This document shows, piece after piece, positions 37,401-51,100 of a DNA stretch of 64,000 nt. The notes below the pieces were generated by a model. The model ran no database searches. It had not been told where the DNA came from and worked only from the letters and a program-made list of their open reading frames with translations. The translations under genes and the position numbers were made by a program. Position 1 is the first letter of the stretch. Each line of letters begins with the position of its first letter. The DNA comes from Ptychomitrium polyphyllum (Eukaryota), in contig OZ316775.1 of assembly GCA_973851085.1 (NCBI GenBank), positions 5,270,001-5,334,000 of the forward strand. Reading direction: 5' to 3'.

Positions 37401-40400
37401 CAGTAATGTTCACCTGAGCTGCATCATTTGCTGTAAGTTTTGGTGACTTGGGTCTTCGTTGACTCATCCCAAGCTTCAAGGTACTCACAAAATCAGGCAA
37501 TAGGCTGTCACAGTGCATGCTATCACCTGCGTCCTGAAGTATGAACACAACCGTAGACCAATGGAATTCTCTCCCAATTGTAAGATGCAACAATATATTA
37601 CAACCATAGTGAGGAATGCTTCCTTTTGTGAATATCATTTAAATTTCAACAATTTCCATGGATAGAAAATAAGGTTTAAGTATATTGCAATTAAAAACAT
37701 GTTTTTTCTAACATGATTTAAATCAGTTATGAAATCTTAAATAATATTTTTGCAAAAGGCTCAAAGAAAATTATTATATCATCTCATTAATCACTAAAAA
37801 TGCAAATAATAACCACCATTTAATGAATGCACAATTGCTCAAATCCCATTCAATATCCACCATGTACAAATGTCTACCACATGTTTTCTTTCCATAATTA
37901 GTGTAAATTTACCTCCATTTCCATTATCATCATTCCATAATTCCACTTGCACTCAATTTCAATTCATCACCACCTTCTACCAAGCCTAAATTACAAGTAC
38001 TAAGAGTTTGGTGGTTGATGGAAATGCACATGGTGGTTTTTAAATGTTTCAATATTTAAAAGCAATGGAACATTCACTGGACCAACCTCTACAATGCTCT
38101 TGAAGATATACATATGGTATAAGTGCTTTAAACCACCTACTTAAGAAATTAGAGCTACTATTATTTGCTTAATTTCAGAAAAAATATACATACTTATAAG
38201 AAAGCACAATATATAATGAGTGTAAAGTTTTTGACAATTTTATTTAAAAAACTAGAATTATTATACACTATCAATGTGAAAAGCACTTTAAGGTCATAGG
38301 TGTCTTATAACTTGATCTAAAAGTATGATACAACTTGATTCATGATTGTGATATGTGCTATGAGGTTCTATTTGTAACAATGTTCTAAATCACTACCTAC
38401 ATCTTGGCATATCTTCATAGTTTGATGTGGAAACCCTCATGCACTTGTAAGAGAGTACTTGTTTAACACTCATAGTCTTGCACTTGGTGCTTAAAAGATA
38501 ACATAACAAAATCTTGATTTTTCCAAATTTTACTACATCTATTTTTTTGTTTTTGGTTGCTGACTAATTCATGATTTCATATTATAAGTACAATTAGTAT
38601 AATATAGTAGATTGACCAACTTCAAACACTTAAATAATTAATAGGTTCTAATTGGCATTTATTGTATAGCTTATTTTGTAATTTAAATATACCTTGTAAA
38701 TCACAAATGATAAATTCAAAAATAATATTTTATAATCACTATTAAATTTAATTTATAAAAGAATAAACATTCATAATTAAGTTTGAAAACTCTACATACA
38801 ATGTTTTTACAAAGACTTTTTAATAAAAAAATTGTTTTGTAAAGCAATGCATTATAAAGTAAGAGAAAAAAAGACATTAAAATTATAATATACATGGCAA
38901 TAATTATTGCTAGAAAACCTTTTCTTGTTTCTTGCAAGAAAAAGTGTAAGACAACTCTTTAAGAAGTCTATCAAATCTTATTTATTTTTATAAATAATTA
39001 TGTAACATTTTATCCTTAAATTTATATAAAAAAACGTGACACATATTAGCTTGTAATTGGTTGCAATTCATATTTTCAATGTTATTGGAAATTGCAATGT
39101 TATTAATCTTTTAGAGTCCATACCTCATTTTGAAGACTGCTAGTTTACAGTGGATGTTTGCATGTTGTTTGATAATGATGGCAAGCATGACCCTCAATTT
39201 AGAATCTCTCTATACAAAATTGTAGTTGACGTTGAGGCTTAATATACATATCCTTTAAGTAAGAATTCTTTATCTTATATTTTTAGAACGTGCTTTTCCT
39301 AAAAATAATAGTCTCCTATGATTTTATGATACACATATTTAAAAAATTTCAATTTGGAAGAATTGCCAAAGGAAGCTTTGGACACCTAGGATAAACAAAG
39401 GGATAGCTTGGTTTTGGGGGAACTTGGTTAGTTATAAGGAGGTTTAAGATTTTAGGCTCCTTATTAGACTCCATCTTTGCTAAGATTCCTTATTATTTCA
39501 TCAAAATACACTCCAAATCACATTTTTACTTGTTTTTATAGCAAAATTAACTTTCAAAATATGTTTTACAGAAAATTTCTCTTTAGAAAGGAATTAATAT
39601 ATAACTCTTATAATGTACATTCATAGTTGCAATTACAATATCCAACCAAAATGTGGTTGCCACTCTGATGATACAACAAAAATGTGATTGCCATTCAAAC
39701 CTTTTTCTGTTGTTCATTCTAATTCTTCCCTTTGTCTACACAGTTTTCAAAATTCTTTCTGTCTTTTGTGTACAATGTATTTTCTACAATGAAACTCCTG
39801 CACATAATTTTTTACACTGTGTAATTTGAATACCTCCCATTACTCAGTACTATGACCTACAACCGGATGAGTATAATGTGTAGAAACAAAAGCAACTTTG
39901 AACCTCATAACACGAAAACCAGATCCTTATGGTGAGAGAGTTATTTACATTTGTATGAGTTTAGAACCAGAAAGTGGTTGATGGGCCTTAAAGGTAAACA
40001 AGATGATGAGCTTGCCATATAACTTCAGTATAAGAAATTAACATCATATTGATTTTTCTTAGAAAACAATCCAACCACAAGCTTTACCAATTATTGGTGA
40101 ACCTTAAAGTGTCCTGTTTATCCATTCCAGTGAAGCATCCCTGAAATGCAAGCTTGTCCTCAGCATACCGGAGTGACTACATCGGGTTTCAATGAAAGAA
40201 GGCTCGAAGCAATATGGCAATGCTCAATTCCTGTACTGTAGAACTGATTCCACTCATGCAGTGTATTTTTCAATGCACAGGTTCAAAAGTGCTGACGGTT
40301 TCAAGGAAAGAGGAAATTGGAGAAAATCACGGAGATCCCGTTGCAGAAGGCCCACCCCAGCAGCAGGAGAAGTTACAGAAGCAACGAGGTGAATATATAC

Positions 40401-41563
40401 CCAAGTCCGAGGCTATGCAGACAGCCTGCCCGACAATGCGCGCAAACTAGGCTTAACCCAGGCGAGAAGACGGCACCGAAGACGGGGTACGGAAATCTGA
40501 ACAGCAGGCAGCACAGGTCGTCTCGACTGTTCTACTCCCCGTCACCTCCCATTCCCGTTTTTCCATTCGACGGCCCTCCCAATGCTCATCCGGAGAACCG
40601 GATAGCCAAGAACGTGCCCTAAGGTCGCTCAACATGGGAGCACGCTCGCATGCCCTAACGCTCACCTGTACGTACTGAGACCATCCTATACAAATACACG
40701 TCTTGGAATGCACCTCAGGAAAAAGTGTGAAGAAGGTACGGAGGCTCGAAAGCGGAAGCGACAATCAAGCGGAATACGGAGCCTCGAACAGCGGGCCCCA
40801 CTAGGGCGGACCCACCATCTCGGTGGAGCGACTCGCAACAGATGAGCGGAAGAGATTGATGTTCTTTTTTTTTTGGGTGGCAGGCCCATTTGTTTCCTCG
40901 TCTGGATACAGGGAGCCGGTGCTGATCACACTTGCCCCGCCATCCCGTCATTTCGCCTCGAACTCTCGTCTCTCGTCGCCGCTGCTGCGTCGATCGACTC
41001 CCCGGCAGCGAGGCGCGGAAGCCATCGTTCAGCGTCTTGAGTCGGAATGAGCGCTGGGGAGGCTCCTGTGGAGCGCAGCGGCGAGGCAGGGTTTTGGTGA
41101 ACTGGCGTGAGGTCGGGAGGCGAGCGGGCTGGATGGTGCGGAGGTGGTTGAGCACTGTTGGTTGACGGGGAGGGCGTGAGGCGGGGGATCGGGGGAGGTT
41201 GAGGTTCGTTGGCTGGTGTGGAGACGGCAGGCGCGGGCGGGTGATCGAATGCTGACGGCTCCGGGGGGAATTCGGTGGAGGTTTTGGAGAGACGAGGCCG
41301 CTACTGTGGAGTGGACTGGCTGGTGAGGTTGGGGAGCAGGAGTCGTGAATTGTGGCGCGTGGTAGAGTTGTTTGGTGTAGGATTGAGAGCGGAGGAGCGG
41401 TAAGCTGGTCGTGCGGTTTGGGGCCGGGCGACGACGTGATTTTAATTAATAGTTTTAAGCTGGCAGTGGTGGCGGGTTCGCGAGTTGGCCAATTGGTGGA
41501 AGTGCGGGGAACCTGAGTCGGCTGCTGCGGTGGTGGTGTTGTAAGGTTGGCGAGTTGTAAGAA

Positions 41564-44500
41564 ATGGCGGTAGTCGCTCAGCCCGCTGAACGTATCCTTT
41601 TACTTCTTCCTTGTAACGTGCAGTAGAGGACCTGGGGTAGGAAGTTATCTTTGGCGGTGATCGTTGGGTTCGGTGCGCGTTTTTTAGTAGGACGCTGCGT
41701 TGATTTCGTCAATCCGTAAATGCGCGGACTCTCTTTGGGGAAGAATGTCAGTGTTGTTTCCATAGACGCGTTGTACGGCAATGCGGTGTTTACTTTGGCA
41801 TTGCCTTATGAATCTGGACTTCGTTATTACGTGGTTCTTGGAATGCCTGGGGTCTCGTTTCTGGAGAGAGTTTCGATGTACTTGGAAAGAACTCTAAGTT
41901 TTGTCTCCAAGAAGGCCGTAGTGGAGTTTTATATAAGAACGAACGGGTGGTTGAAAGAACCAATGCCCTGCATACTACAAAAACCGTCGTTGGTGATCTG
42001 GCAGGCGCCTCATCAATGAACGCTGAGGAAAACCTCTTTTTTCCCAGTCCACTTTATGACTGACGTTACCATTGATGAACTTTAAAAACAGCTCCCTCTA
42101 TCTGTTTCAAACTTTCATTGAAATCTGATAGCTGTCTCAGGAGTAGTGCGTGGTAGGAATTTGCGGCACGTTTCAAGAAACGTACGGGAGTAGAGGACGC
42201 CGGCTATGGTTTGATGATCTTCTGAACTGTTTGTCAATTCGGTGTTCGTCCTTCAATATTCTGCTGTTTAGTATATTTTCTATTTCTCGCGCAAATTTAC
42301 GAATAGAGGACGTCAGGTGAGGACAGTGATCCGGAGATTCTCAATCTGGTTACCAGCCACAGAGACTATGTTATTTCGTCTGTAGTAGCGCGTTGAATCA
42401 CAGTATACTGTGAGTTGCTTCCTTGAAAGAAAGGGATTGACAGTGTCTAGGGCAATCGTCGTCCAACGCCTCCGCCGGAATTTTTCATTTCTATGACTTG
42501 CGTAATCTATTATCAGAACTAACCATTGCCATAACCTATCTTCAACAGACTAGGTCGACGATGTAGCGTAACAACGCCTTTCAAGCCTTTAAAATTCGGA
42601 ACCACAGGTTATTGTTTCTTAGGTGTAATACTTCGGTTAGAGACCACTTACTATAAATTAAGTACGCTGCCTATCTCTTCTGGTTCTTACACAATTGGTT
42701 ATAACTTATCTCGTTAGGTTTCAAGTATGACTACTTGCAGATAATCTCTTCTGTAATCGATGTGGTTCCACTGTGGAGCTCCGAGCACCAATTGTGCACC
42801 GGTCTTAAATGTTTCGACATAGACGTCAGCTTGTTACGACTATAACCTGAATTAAAAACCCCATGCGCACACACTTACGCTTCAACACCTTTCATCGATG
42901 AAAAGTTGGAGTGTGCTAAAACGATTATAAGTGTAGTTTATGATCCTCGACTCCCCGATTCTCCTAACATTTTTCATTCAACCCTGGCTTTTACTTAGCA
43001 GAACTGAAATTTCGGAAAACAAGTGCATTCGGTTATTAACTCTTGGATGTAAATTGTAGAGTGGCCGTATTACAATGGTATTCGACGCTTTAACCAGTAC
43101 GCCCTACTTACTATATTGGCTAAAAGTTCATGCCATACTTAGAGCAGGCCGCTGCAACACCCGCTTATATCGACCTCACTCTGTTCTAATCATACCTTAA
43201 CTCTGCGTTGAGTGTTTGCGTTCACTATCTCACGTACTTCAAAGACTCATCGAGAGGGGTTCCTCCTTGCTGTGTAATTACAGTCAACGACGACCTAATT
43301 CTGCATCTTTCTCAAGTTCGTAATCGGACTTGTCTCTACACGGAATCCTAACGGAAGAGAGTCAGCAATATTTCTCAACGCACATCCCGATAGTTCTCCA
43401 ACCCCGCAATAAAGATAGCGTGATTCCAAACAAATCAAACCGTGACGTACTCTCTTGTCAGTGTGATTTGGCGTCCTGTCTCTGGATTTTAGACTGGGGA
43501 TGCTGTTGCTGAATGTCTTTCCTAGCACTCTGCACTTGCCGTGTAGAGACTCCCGTCCTGAACACAGTTCAATCTTGGTCGCTGTGCATTACTTAACCCG
43601 ACCTAATGATCAGAAGTGAGCGAACTGCTGCACAACCTGAAAGTTGACACACCGAAGCAAGCGAACGTCACTCGGGAGGTATGTCGCACTTACGACAGTA
43701 GCATTCATTCTCTTACCTGTGTATCGAGGTCCTTGATCAGTGATGGCAGCTGAGGCTTCCAATTAGTCGAACGTGTTTTGCAGCTTGTGTCGAGCTAGCC
43801 GGTGGTTGGGTACTTGAAGGCCGAGTTGTACCGGCGAAGGATTGGAAGAGTAGAGATGCAATATTGGCAGAATGAGCGTCCTAGCGAATTGTTTGCTGAG
43901 GGTTACGTCATCCCATGCATGCAGATCTGGTATTCCAGTTCGGTGCAGGCTCGAGAACCTTGGGATCCTAGTTGGTTGAGGATACCATCGGCATCTCAGT
44001 CTTTAGATCTGTGACCAGTGCTGCTGTGCCAATGCAGATACCTCCGACTAATGATGAGGATTCCTCTGATGCAAGTGGAGATGCCTCTGCATCGGTGGGG
44101 ACTGGCGACGCAGCAAGTACGAATGGAGTACCCGACGGGTCTGCCGGGGGAATGTACTACGTTGGTGGCATGAACGGCTATGCTACCCATGGTTATGTAT
44201 ACGACTATCCGCACGGAGGTTGGTCGTGACTCGATCTTCTCTTGTCTGGCTACAATGAAACTGTGGTGTCTCTCCTATGTAGCCATGGGCAATGGCAGAA
44301 GGGACAGTTGGTAGAGGCGAAGCACTGGGACAAATACCTATCGCAAGACAGTCGTGCGATTTCTGCATATGATAAGTAGCTGCGAGAACATTCTCTCCAC
44401 TTTCGACAAATCGACGCAGCGACGCGGTTACCCGGGTGCTCTGATGATCCATACTCTGCGATTCACTTGGCCAAGCTAGTTGATTGACATTTCATGTTGG

Positions 44501-47500
44501 CATGTCGTCCGCAGGATACGAAGCTCCGGTTGCAGGCGAGTGGGACGAGTACTCGAGATATGTTGTCGATGGAGTAGAGATCCCATCCCCGGTAAGTGTA
44601 CATCGCAAGCATTGGGATCCTGTTTGGGGCAGAGACTTCTGTTATCAGACGATTAATTGGCTGGTGCAGGTTGTGTGATAGCGGAGTGGAAATCGCGTAT
44701 GCGAAGCGATTCCAATAGTGATCGCTAGCGTTGTTGCGCTTTGTTATGTCGTGCTGCACCGGCACACAGCGTGTGCTCGGGGTTTACTTGGAGTGCTGTA
44801 CGGAGTCTGATGCGAGTGTCTGAGATGTGCAGGGTGTATACAGCGATAGCGGTGGCTCCGTGTTCATGCATGCCCCCGGGTTCGGGTACGCGTCCCAGCC
44901 TTCTTACAGCCCATACACTCCGGGGACGCCTGTGCCGACGATGGGTGCGGATGGGCAGCTGTATGGGCCTCAGGCGTTCCAGTACCCGAGCCACCTGTAC
45001 CAGCAGCCGATGTCCCCTGGTGCTGGGTATATGGGATCACCAGGTGCGATGAGTGGTGGCGAAGGGGGCGGGTCAGGAAACGGCGAGCCCGGGCCTCCTG
45101 GAGTGGATGGCAAGAACGGCGGTCCGAGACCGGGTTACCCAGCCATGGCACTGGTTCCCCCGCACGGACCGTATTCGAGAGGCGTGTTACCGCTGGCGAT
45201 CCACAGTCCAGGTGGTTCTCAGGATGTACGATACGAGGGGCTCCGGGCTGGTGCACCTTCGTGGGCGGACGTGACAAAGATCACAGAAGGTCAGCAGAGA
45301 CCGGGGATCCCGGCTGCAGGGATGCACTCGATGGGGTCTCAACAGTTTTCAGCGCCAGGACTCCCGGCTCAGCCAGTGAGACGGATGACCCCATTGCAGG
45401 TAAGCTTTTGTTGCAATGTTGATAAGGCTTAAACGGATGAGGGAACTAGAGAATGGTGGAAATCCTACTGTGTGGCAGGATGGTGCATGAGACAGCCTCA
45501 TATTGGCACCTGGTTTTGCATCAGAGCAGCGCAGATGAACATCGCACTGTGGGCCTTGTGTGGGAGAGGTAGCACGCAGTGGAATGTCCTTGTTCGGAGT
45601 GTTTACACAGTCTGGTGGGAATATAAGAGTACCTCCATAGCAAGGCTTTCTGCAGGGAGGTATTGACCTTGGAAGATCGTCCGGTTGCAGATACAGATAC
45701 AGTCATCTCAGCAGTCGAGGAATCCGTCCGGGTTGGCATCGCCGAATCTGGGGCCTGGGGCACTGGCCAGGGGCTATCCTCCTCTTTCAGGAGTTGTGAA
45801 CGGGCCGAATGGGCCAGGGAGAGGCCGTGGCATGGGGAACATGGCCGTGGATGGGAGGGCGAATGGGCGTGGGGCCTGGGTGGGTAGCGACAAGGGAAAG
45901 CAGAGGGGGCGAGGCGGTGGGGCTGTGGGCAACAGCAACGGCGGTCTGGATCCGCTGAACGAGCAGAACAGAGGACCCCGAACCATAAGGACGAGGAACC
46001 AACGGACCATTCCAGGCGTTGTGAGACACACTCGAGGGCAGGGTGCGGGGTCGTCGGGAAACGGGGACGTGCTGAGCCCGTTCGCGAACAGAGAGCAATA
46101 CAATAAGGCCGAGTTCGTGACGAGCTACGAGCACGCCAAGTTCTTCGTGATCAAGTCTTACAGCGAGGATGATGTGCATAAGAGTATCAAGTACAACGTG
46201 TGGGCGAGCACTCCGGTGGGAAACAAGAGGCTCGATGCCGCATACCAGGAGGCTATGACGAAGTGTAGCGGGGGCACGAAGGGCTCATGCCCGGTGTTTC
46301 TGTTCTTTTCGGTAAGCTAGGTGGTAGCGGTTTCGGGATTCGGGTGCAGCTGGGTTGTGGTTCGTCGTTTTGGTTGGCTGTTTGGGAATTAGTAGTTTGT
46401 TGCATATGGAAGATGGCATGCTTGTACTTGATGATAACGATCTTTGATTTGTATGGGCAGCGGTGGTCTGGCCGGTGTCAGCTACAGCTTTCCCGAGGTT
46501 GTAAGAGGACGGCCGCATTGGCGTCGTTGTATGTGCGAGTGTGGTTTCTGATGTATTAGTTTCGTGAATGTTGGACAGGTGAATGCGAGCGGGCAGTTCT
46601 GTGGCGTGGCGGAGATGACAGGCCCCGTCGACTTTTCAAAGAGTGTGGACTACTGGCAGCAGGACAAGTGGAACGGTCGGTTCCCCGTGACATGGCACAT
46701 AATAAAGGACATTCCGAACTGCCAGTTTCGACACATCATATTGGAAAACAACGATAACAAGCCCGTGACGAATAGCAGGGACACCCAGGAGGTAAGTTGT
46801 TCGAATGAGGCTTCGGTAGATGTGCGGACGTGAGACGGTTGCTGAGCGGCGTTGCAGCTTGCATCCGGGGCCTCCTGCCAGCGCTCCGGGGCGAGCGGAT
46901 AGTGACTGCTTGAGGTGATGAGCGCAATGGATTGTTTGTGGACCCGCGAAACGGGCGAGATGTCTATGTGTTTCTGCCACCGCCATGTTCATCCTAAAAT
47001 GGGTGTAGATGTCATACTCTGCGTTCTCCGGTTTGTTCCTCCTAAATTGATCTAAACAGTGTCAGGGCGATGTGATTTGTAAAGCAGTGGTGCAATAGAG
47101 TGGGCGACGGAGATGATGGCGGATGCTTATGCGATGATGTGGAGGGTTGTTTGGAAGATAGTCAAGAGTCATTACAATGGTGGCGTTCCAAGAAGTGGAG
47201 CTGACGACGTGTTCTGTATGCAATGCGCAGGTGAAGTTCGAACAAGGTATAGGAATGCTGAATATCTTCAAGAGCTTTGCTTCGAAGACGTCAATTCTGG
47301 ACGATTTCCAATTCTACGAGAACCGGCAACGAGCGTTGACGGAGAAGAGAGCCAGGCAGCAGACGCAGCAGCAGCGGGAACAGCATCGTCAGGTATGGCG
47401 CGTGAGACCTTGTGTTTGGTGGGTGCAACTTCGGTATTTGTCGGAGGTGCAGTGCAAGGGCGTGAGATTTGACATGGCCCTGAATAGTTGAATAGTTATG

Positions 47501-48143
47501 CTGAAGTTATGGAGTGGCGTTGTGCGCTGCTGTGACGGAGTTGAGCTAGGCTAATAACGAGGAATGAGCCTTGTGGACAATACTTATGTCTTGCTGCGGC
47601 ATTTGATTTGTTTAGCCTTGGACCTGAGGTTTGGCTAGGGATTCGATGGTATCAGTAGCCACCTTGGACGGTGATGTGCAGCGGCTGTTCTGGTGGCCAT
47701 GTGATTGCGCATACTGAGTTGGTGGTGAGGTGGCGGATTTTGAATCGCAGGGAGGTGGGCGGACAGAAGGCAACGAGTTGGAGTCGGGTTCCACGGCGGG
47801 AGAGCTCACTCAGGCAAAGCGTGATGAGCTTGTAGAAGGTATAGGGGATGGGAAACCCGTGGTGAGAAATGCAGCTGACCCACTCGCTTCGACTGTTGAG
47901 ACGAGTGGAAGCGGAAGTGGTGATTCCGATGACAGTGTATCGCAGCTTAGATCGAGCTTGTCCGATAAGTTATCCAACATGGGGGATGCGGAAGTGGCGA
48001 TGAGGCAAGGGGAGAAGGAAATTCCTAATACGGGGCAAACAGAGCAGGCATGTCCGGGATCAGGAACAGACGTGGTAGAGGAACAGAACGGTTCGTCAAG
48101 TGAAGCTAAAGATGCTGTGGCAGTGGGCGATGGGGGTAGTTGA
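41564..48143 (+). CDS. ECT: YTH-domain m6A reader, YTHDF/ECT clade, ~768 aa, 9 exons
   Basis: Exons 41564-41591, 43614-43678, 44038-44218, 44515-44591, 44833-45399, 45691-46311, 46579-46791, 47231-47392, 47751-48143 (2307 nt, phases consistent). N-terminus [21 protein letters not shown] resembles ECT2. Y/P/Q/G-rich IDR. YTH domain [51 protein letters not shown] with the cage tryptophans intact. Confidence 0.95.
41592..43613 (+). other. U12-type (minor spliceosome) GT-AG intron
   Basis: Donor GTATCCTTT; branch-point-like TTACTTAAC at 43589-43597, ~17 nt before the AG; no polypyrimidine tract. Confidence 0.85.
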
Positions 48144-51100
48144 CAGTGCGCGCCGGGGGGGGAGGGGGCGGGGGGGAGGGGCGCGCGAACAGTTGCCGGG
48201 GGGACGGGGAGGTCATGTTAGTAGCAGTTGTCATTTGATGGTGGTGTCGCGATGTACCAGGAGTCGAAGGTATGAATGGATACATCACGTCAACAGGCTG
48301 CGTCCGAGCCACTTTTCCTGTGCGATTCCACGCAAAGTGGTGTGAGCTCTGCTGGTCAGCCGAGTGTATAGCAAATTCCATTGAAAAATAGTGTGCAGGT
48401 ACAGGCTGAAGAGGGTCGATGATCGAGATTAAAGGAACCGTGAGAAGATGGTGTTCCTTTTCCAATTTTTGGGGAATAAGGATGCCAGAGAAAGAGAGGG
48501 CCAGACGGGAGGGGGAAGAGGTCGAGGTGGGCTGGGAAGTCCGGGTTGCTAGAGCCGAGAGGTTTCCGTCAGATTGATCAATATTTTAGTGTCTTTCCCC
48601 GTTCCGTGGCTACAGGGCGTTTCAATTTAGTTGCGGAGAATATCGATTAGTAGTAGTGTCTAGTGCATAGTAGGTACAACTGAGAGGTTGAATGTGGGCT
48701 CTCTCTCTCTTGTCGGGTTACACGGTGCTCTGTACAATTAAAACATGATGCCACAGTTGGGGTTGTCTCTTGAGGAGGGCTGGAGCATAGTTGTGACAGA
48801 AAACTCCACCTCTCCCACGTGCCCAGATACAAGATACACGGTCAGCCGGTGTCCAGTCTTATGGTAGGCCGTTGGGTTCTTCTTCCGCGGAAGTTTTGTA
48901 AAAGTTCCCTGCCTCATGGGCTGGATGGAATAAGAAGGTTTCTTCTGCATGAGGTTTTGGTGTCTTTTGTTTCTCGTGGGTGAAATGCGGTTTTTGTATG
49001 ACGGTTCTGTTGACCGAGTTTTATTTTGGATCTTTGTTTCTACAGGGGTTCTTTTGCTTGTATCTTTAGGAGTTGGCGTATATGTTGGGACTTTTTGTTT
49101 TGACAGGTTTTTGGTTAGTTGCAGTCTTGTTTGTAAGGAGTGGGGTTGGTGTATTACGTACCACCTCACGTTTCTTTCTTTGGTTTTGCGGTCCTGTCGC
49201 CGAGTAGATATGGTGGAAGATTCTAAATTTTACTACTGCCATTACTATATATGGACGCAAATTTGGAAGTGGTTGAAGAAGCGTCCATGGATCTTTAGAA
49301 GCATGGGCTGCAGTGTTAGTCTCTGCAGATTAGGTGCAGGAGGTGAAGTTGATGACGTCTAGAAAGTCAGAGGATGTCGGGTTGTGTCGGAGGCTTCTCT
49401 CGCATTGGTGGTCCTGGAACTGATTTACTAATGTAGCCAGGATGTGCCCTTTCGCTCTCAATTTGTCCTTTAGCAATTTCTTCTTTTGCTGTGTTAACAA
49501 ATGCCATCATTATCGACCAACAGATCATCGAGATGCGGTTCCATTGGCCCATCGAGGATTTGATTGTGATTGGCAAAAATGTAACCGACCTATTGTGTGT
49601 GATCCCTTGGAGGTTCTAAACCACGTAGGAAACTTCATTAGTGAAAATGGAGGAAATGTAATCTCAAACTTGTGGAATATCCTAAAATTAAATGAATCTG
49701 CGTGTAAAGAGCACATATTAGAAATATATGATTGGGAACAAAAATTGTGATGATGAGTGTCATAGTGCTGCCCAGGCTAACAATTTCTCTTCTTTCACAA
49801 TGAAACAAATTCATTCTTTTATAAGAAGATAAATACTGAAATTTGACCCCCGTAGAATGAGATTGCACGTTACAATATGAATCATTGAATTAAATTTTTT
49901 AAAAATGGGTCTTCTCATGTACGTAAGCTCAATGCATGTGTATATCACATCTGTGACAATGAGGGGTCCCAGGCTCAAATGATCCCCTATAATTCAGACA
50001 CAGTCCAAACAGAAGACAAAGAGTCCAACAAATTAGGGGCAAGATGTATGAAAAGTGTAGCCCACAAATTCTGGCTCCCCCCTAGTCTGAGCATCACATC
50101 CTGGCACAATCAAGGACCACATTTCAAGGATTCAGGTGGATGTTTTCTCACAAGGCAGTCTACTCCAATAAGTGAATTGTATGTCTTTCCAGAAAATTTC
50201 AATGTCTAGGAGCCTGAACCAATAGCTTCTAGACTTGCAGTGCTTGAGAGCTTTACTCAGGAATCAGAGAATATCCGCAACTTTGCAAGAAATCATAGGA
50301 AATGGTCTATTCCCAATGTCTCCCATTGTAATTTGTTATTGTATGACAAATGTGTGGTGGAGGTTCCAACAGCTTACTTACCAAGCAGTTAGGCTAGTCT
50401 TTAAACCTTTTTAACTCAAACATTGAGACAATGTGTAATTGCAAGGAATTTTTTACACAACCCAGAATTTTTGGGTCTGGGGCGGGGTTGAAGTGCGATG
50501 GTTGGCTTTTTCTTTCAAGTGGTCGGTGTTGACAATTCTCGTCGTCACATAGAACTGGGGGATGGGGCCAGAAGAAGTTGTTCATGCCTTGTCTTAGGCT
50601 GTAAGAGGTTGAAAAGTCCAATCTGTGTGTTGGACTGGTGCACATACACTGCAATGTTTCTGAAACAAGCCAAGAGATCCATGTGATGCAGGGACTGGAT
50701 AAATGGCCCACATTCTGCATTTGCATTTGGCCAATGGTTTACTTTGGCTGTGTTCAAAGAACCCAGCTTGGTTTATATGAAGCAGACAGTAGAAGTTGAT
50801 TGAAGTGGATGAGTACGAAGTAGATCATCATACACATGAGATACACAGATGAAGTACCATAATCATTATCAATTTTGCATTAAATAAAATTAATCAAGAA
50901 TGTATAGCAAATACATCCTTATGGAACCAAAAAATAATCACAATACTTAAGTCAAGTGACTCACATTCCATAAAGGAAGAATTCAATTGTGCAAGTGATC
51001 AAAAACTTTAAAGTTTACTTGAAGACTAAACTGTCAAATCCAAATAAATTACAACAAGAAGATCTCTAAAAAACACTTATAAAACTTGACTTAGTAAAGA

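Noticed and set aside
24100..39800. Endogenous giant-virus (NCLDV-like) segment in AT-rich DNA
   Set aside because: No viral hallmark protein motifs recognisable in any frame.
44725..48465. Alternative-frame and antisense ORFs across the ECT gene
   Set aside because: By-products of GC-rich exons; no independent motifs.
48738..49362. 137-143 aa ORFs downstream of ECT
   Set aside because: Low-complexity GT-rich terminator-region sequence crossing the duplication breakpoint; no protein features.
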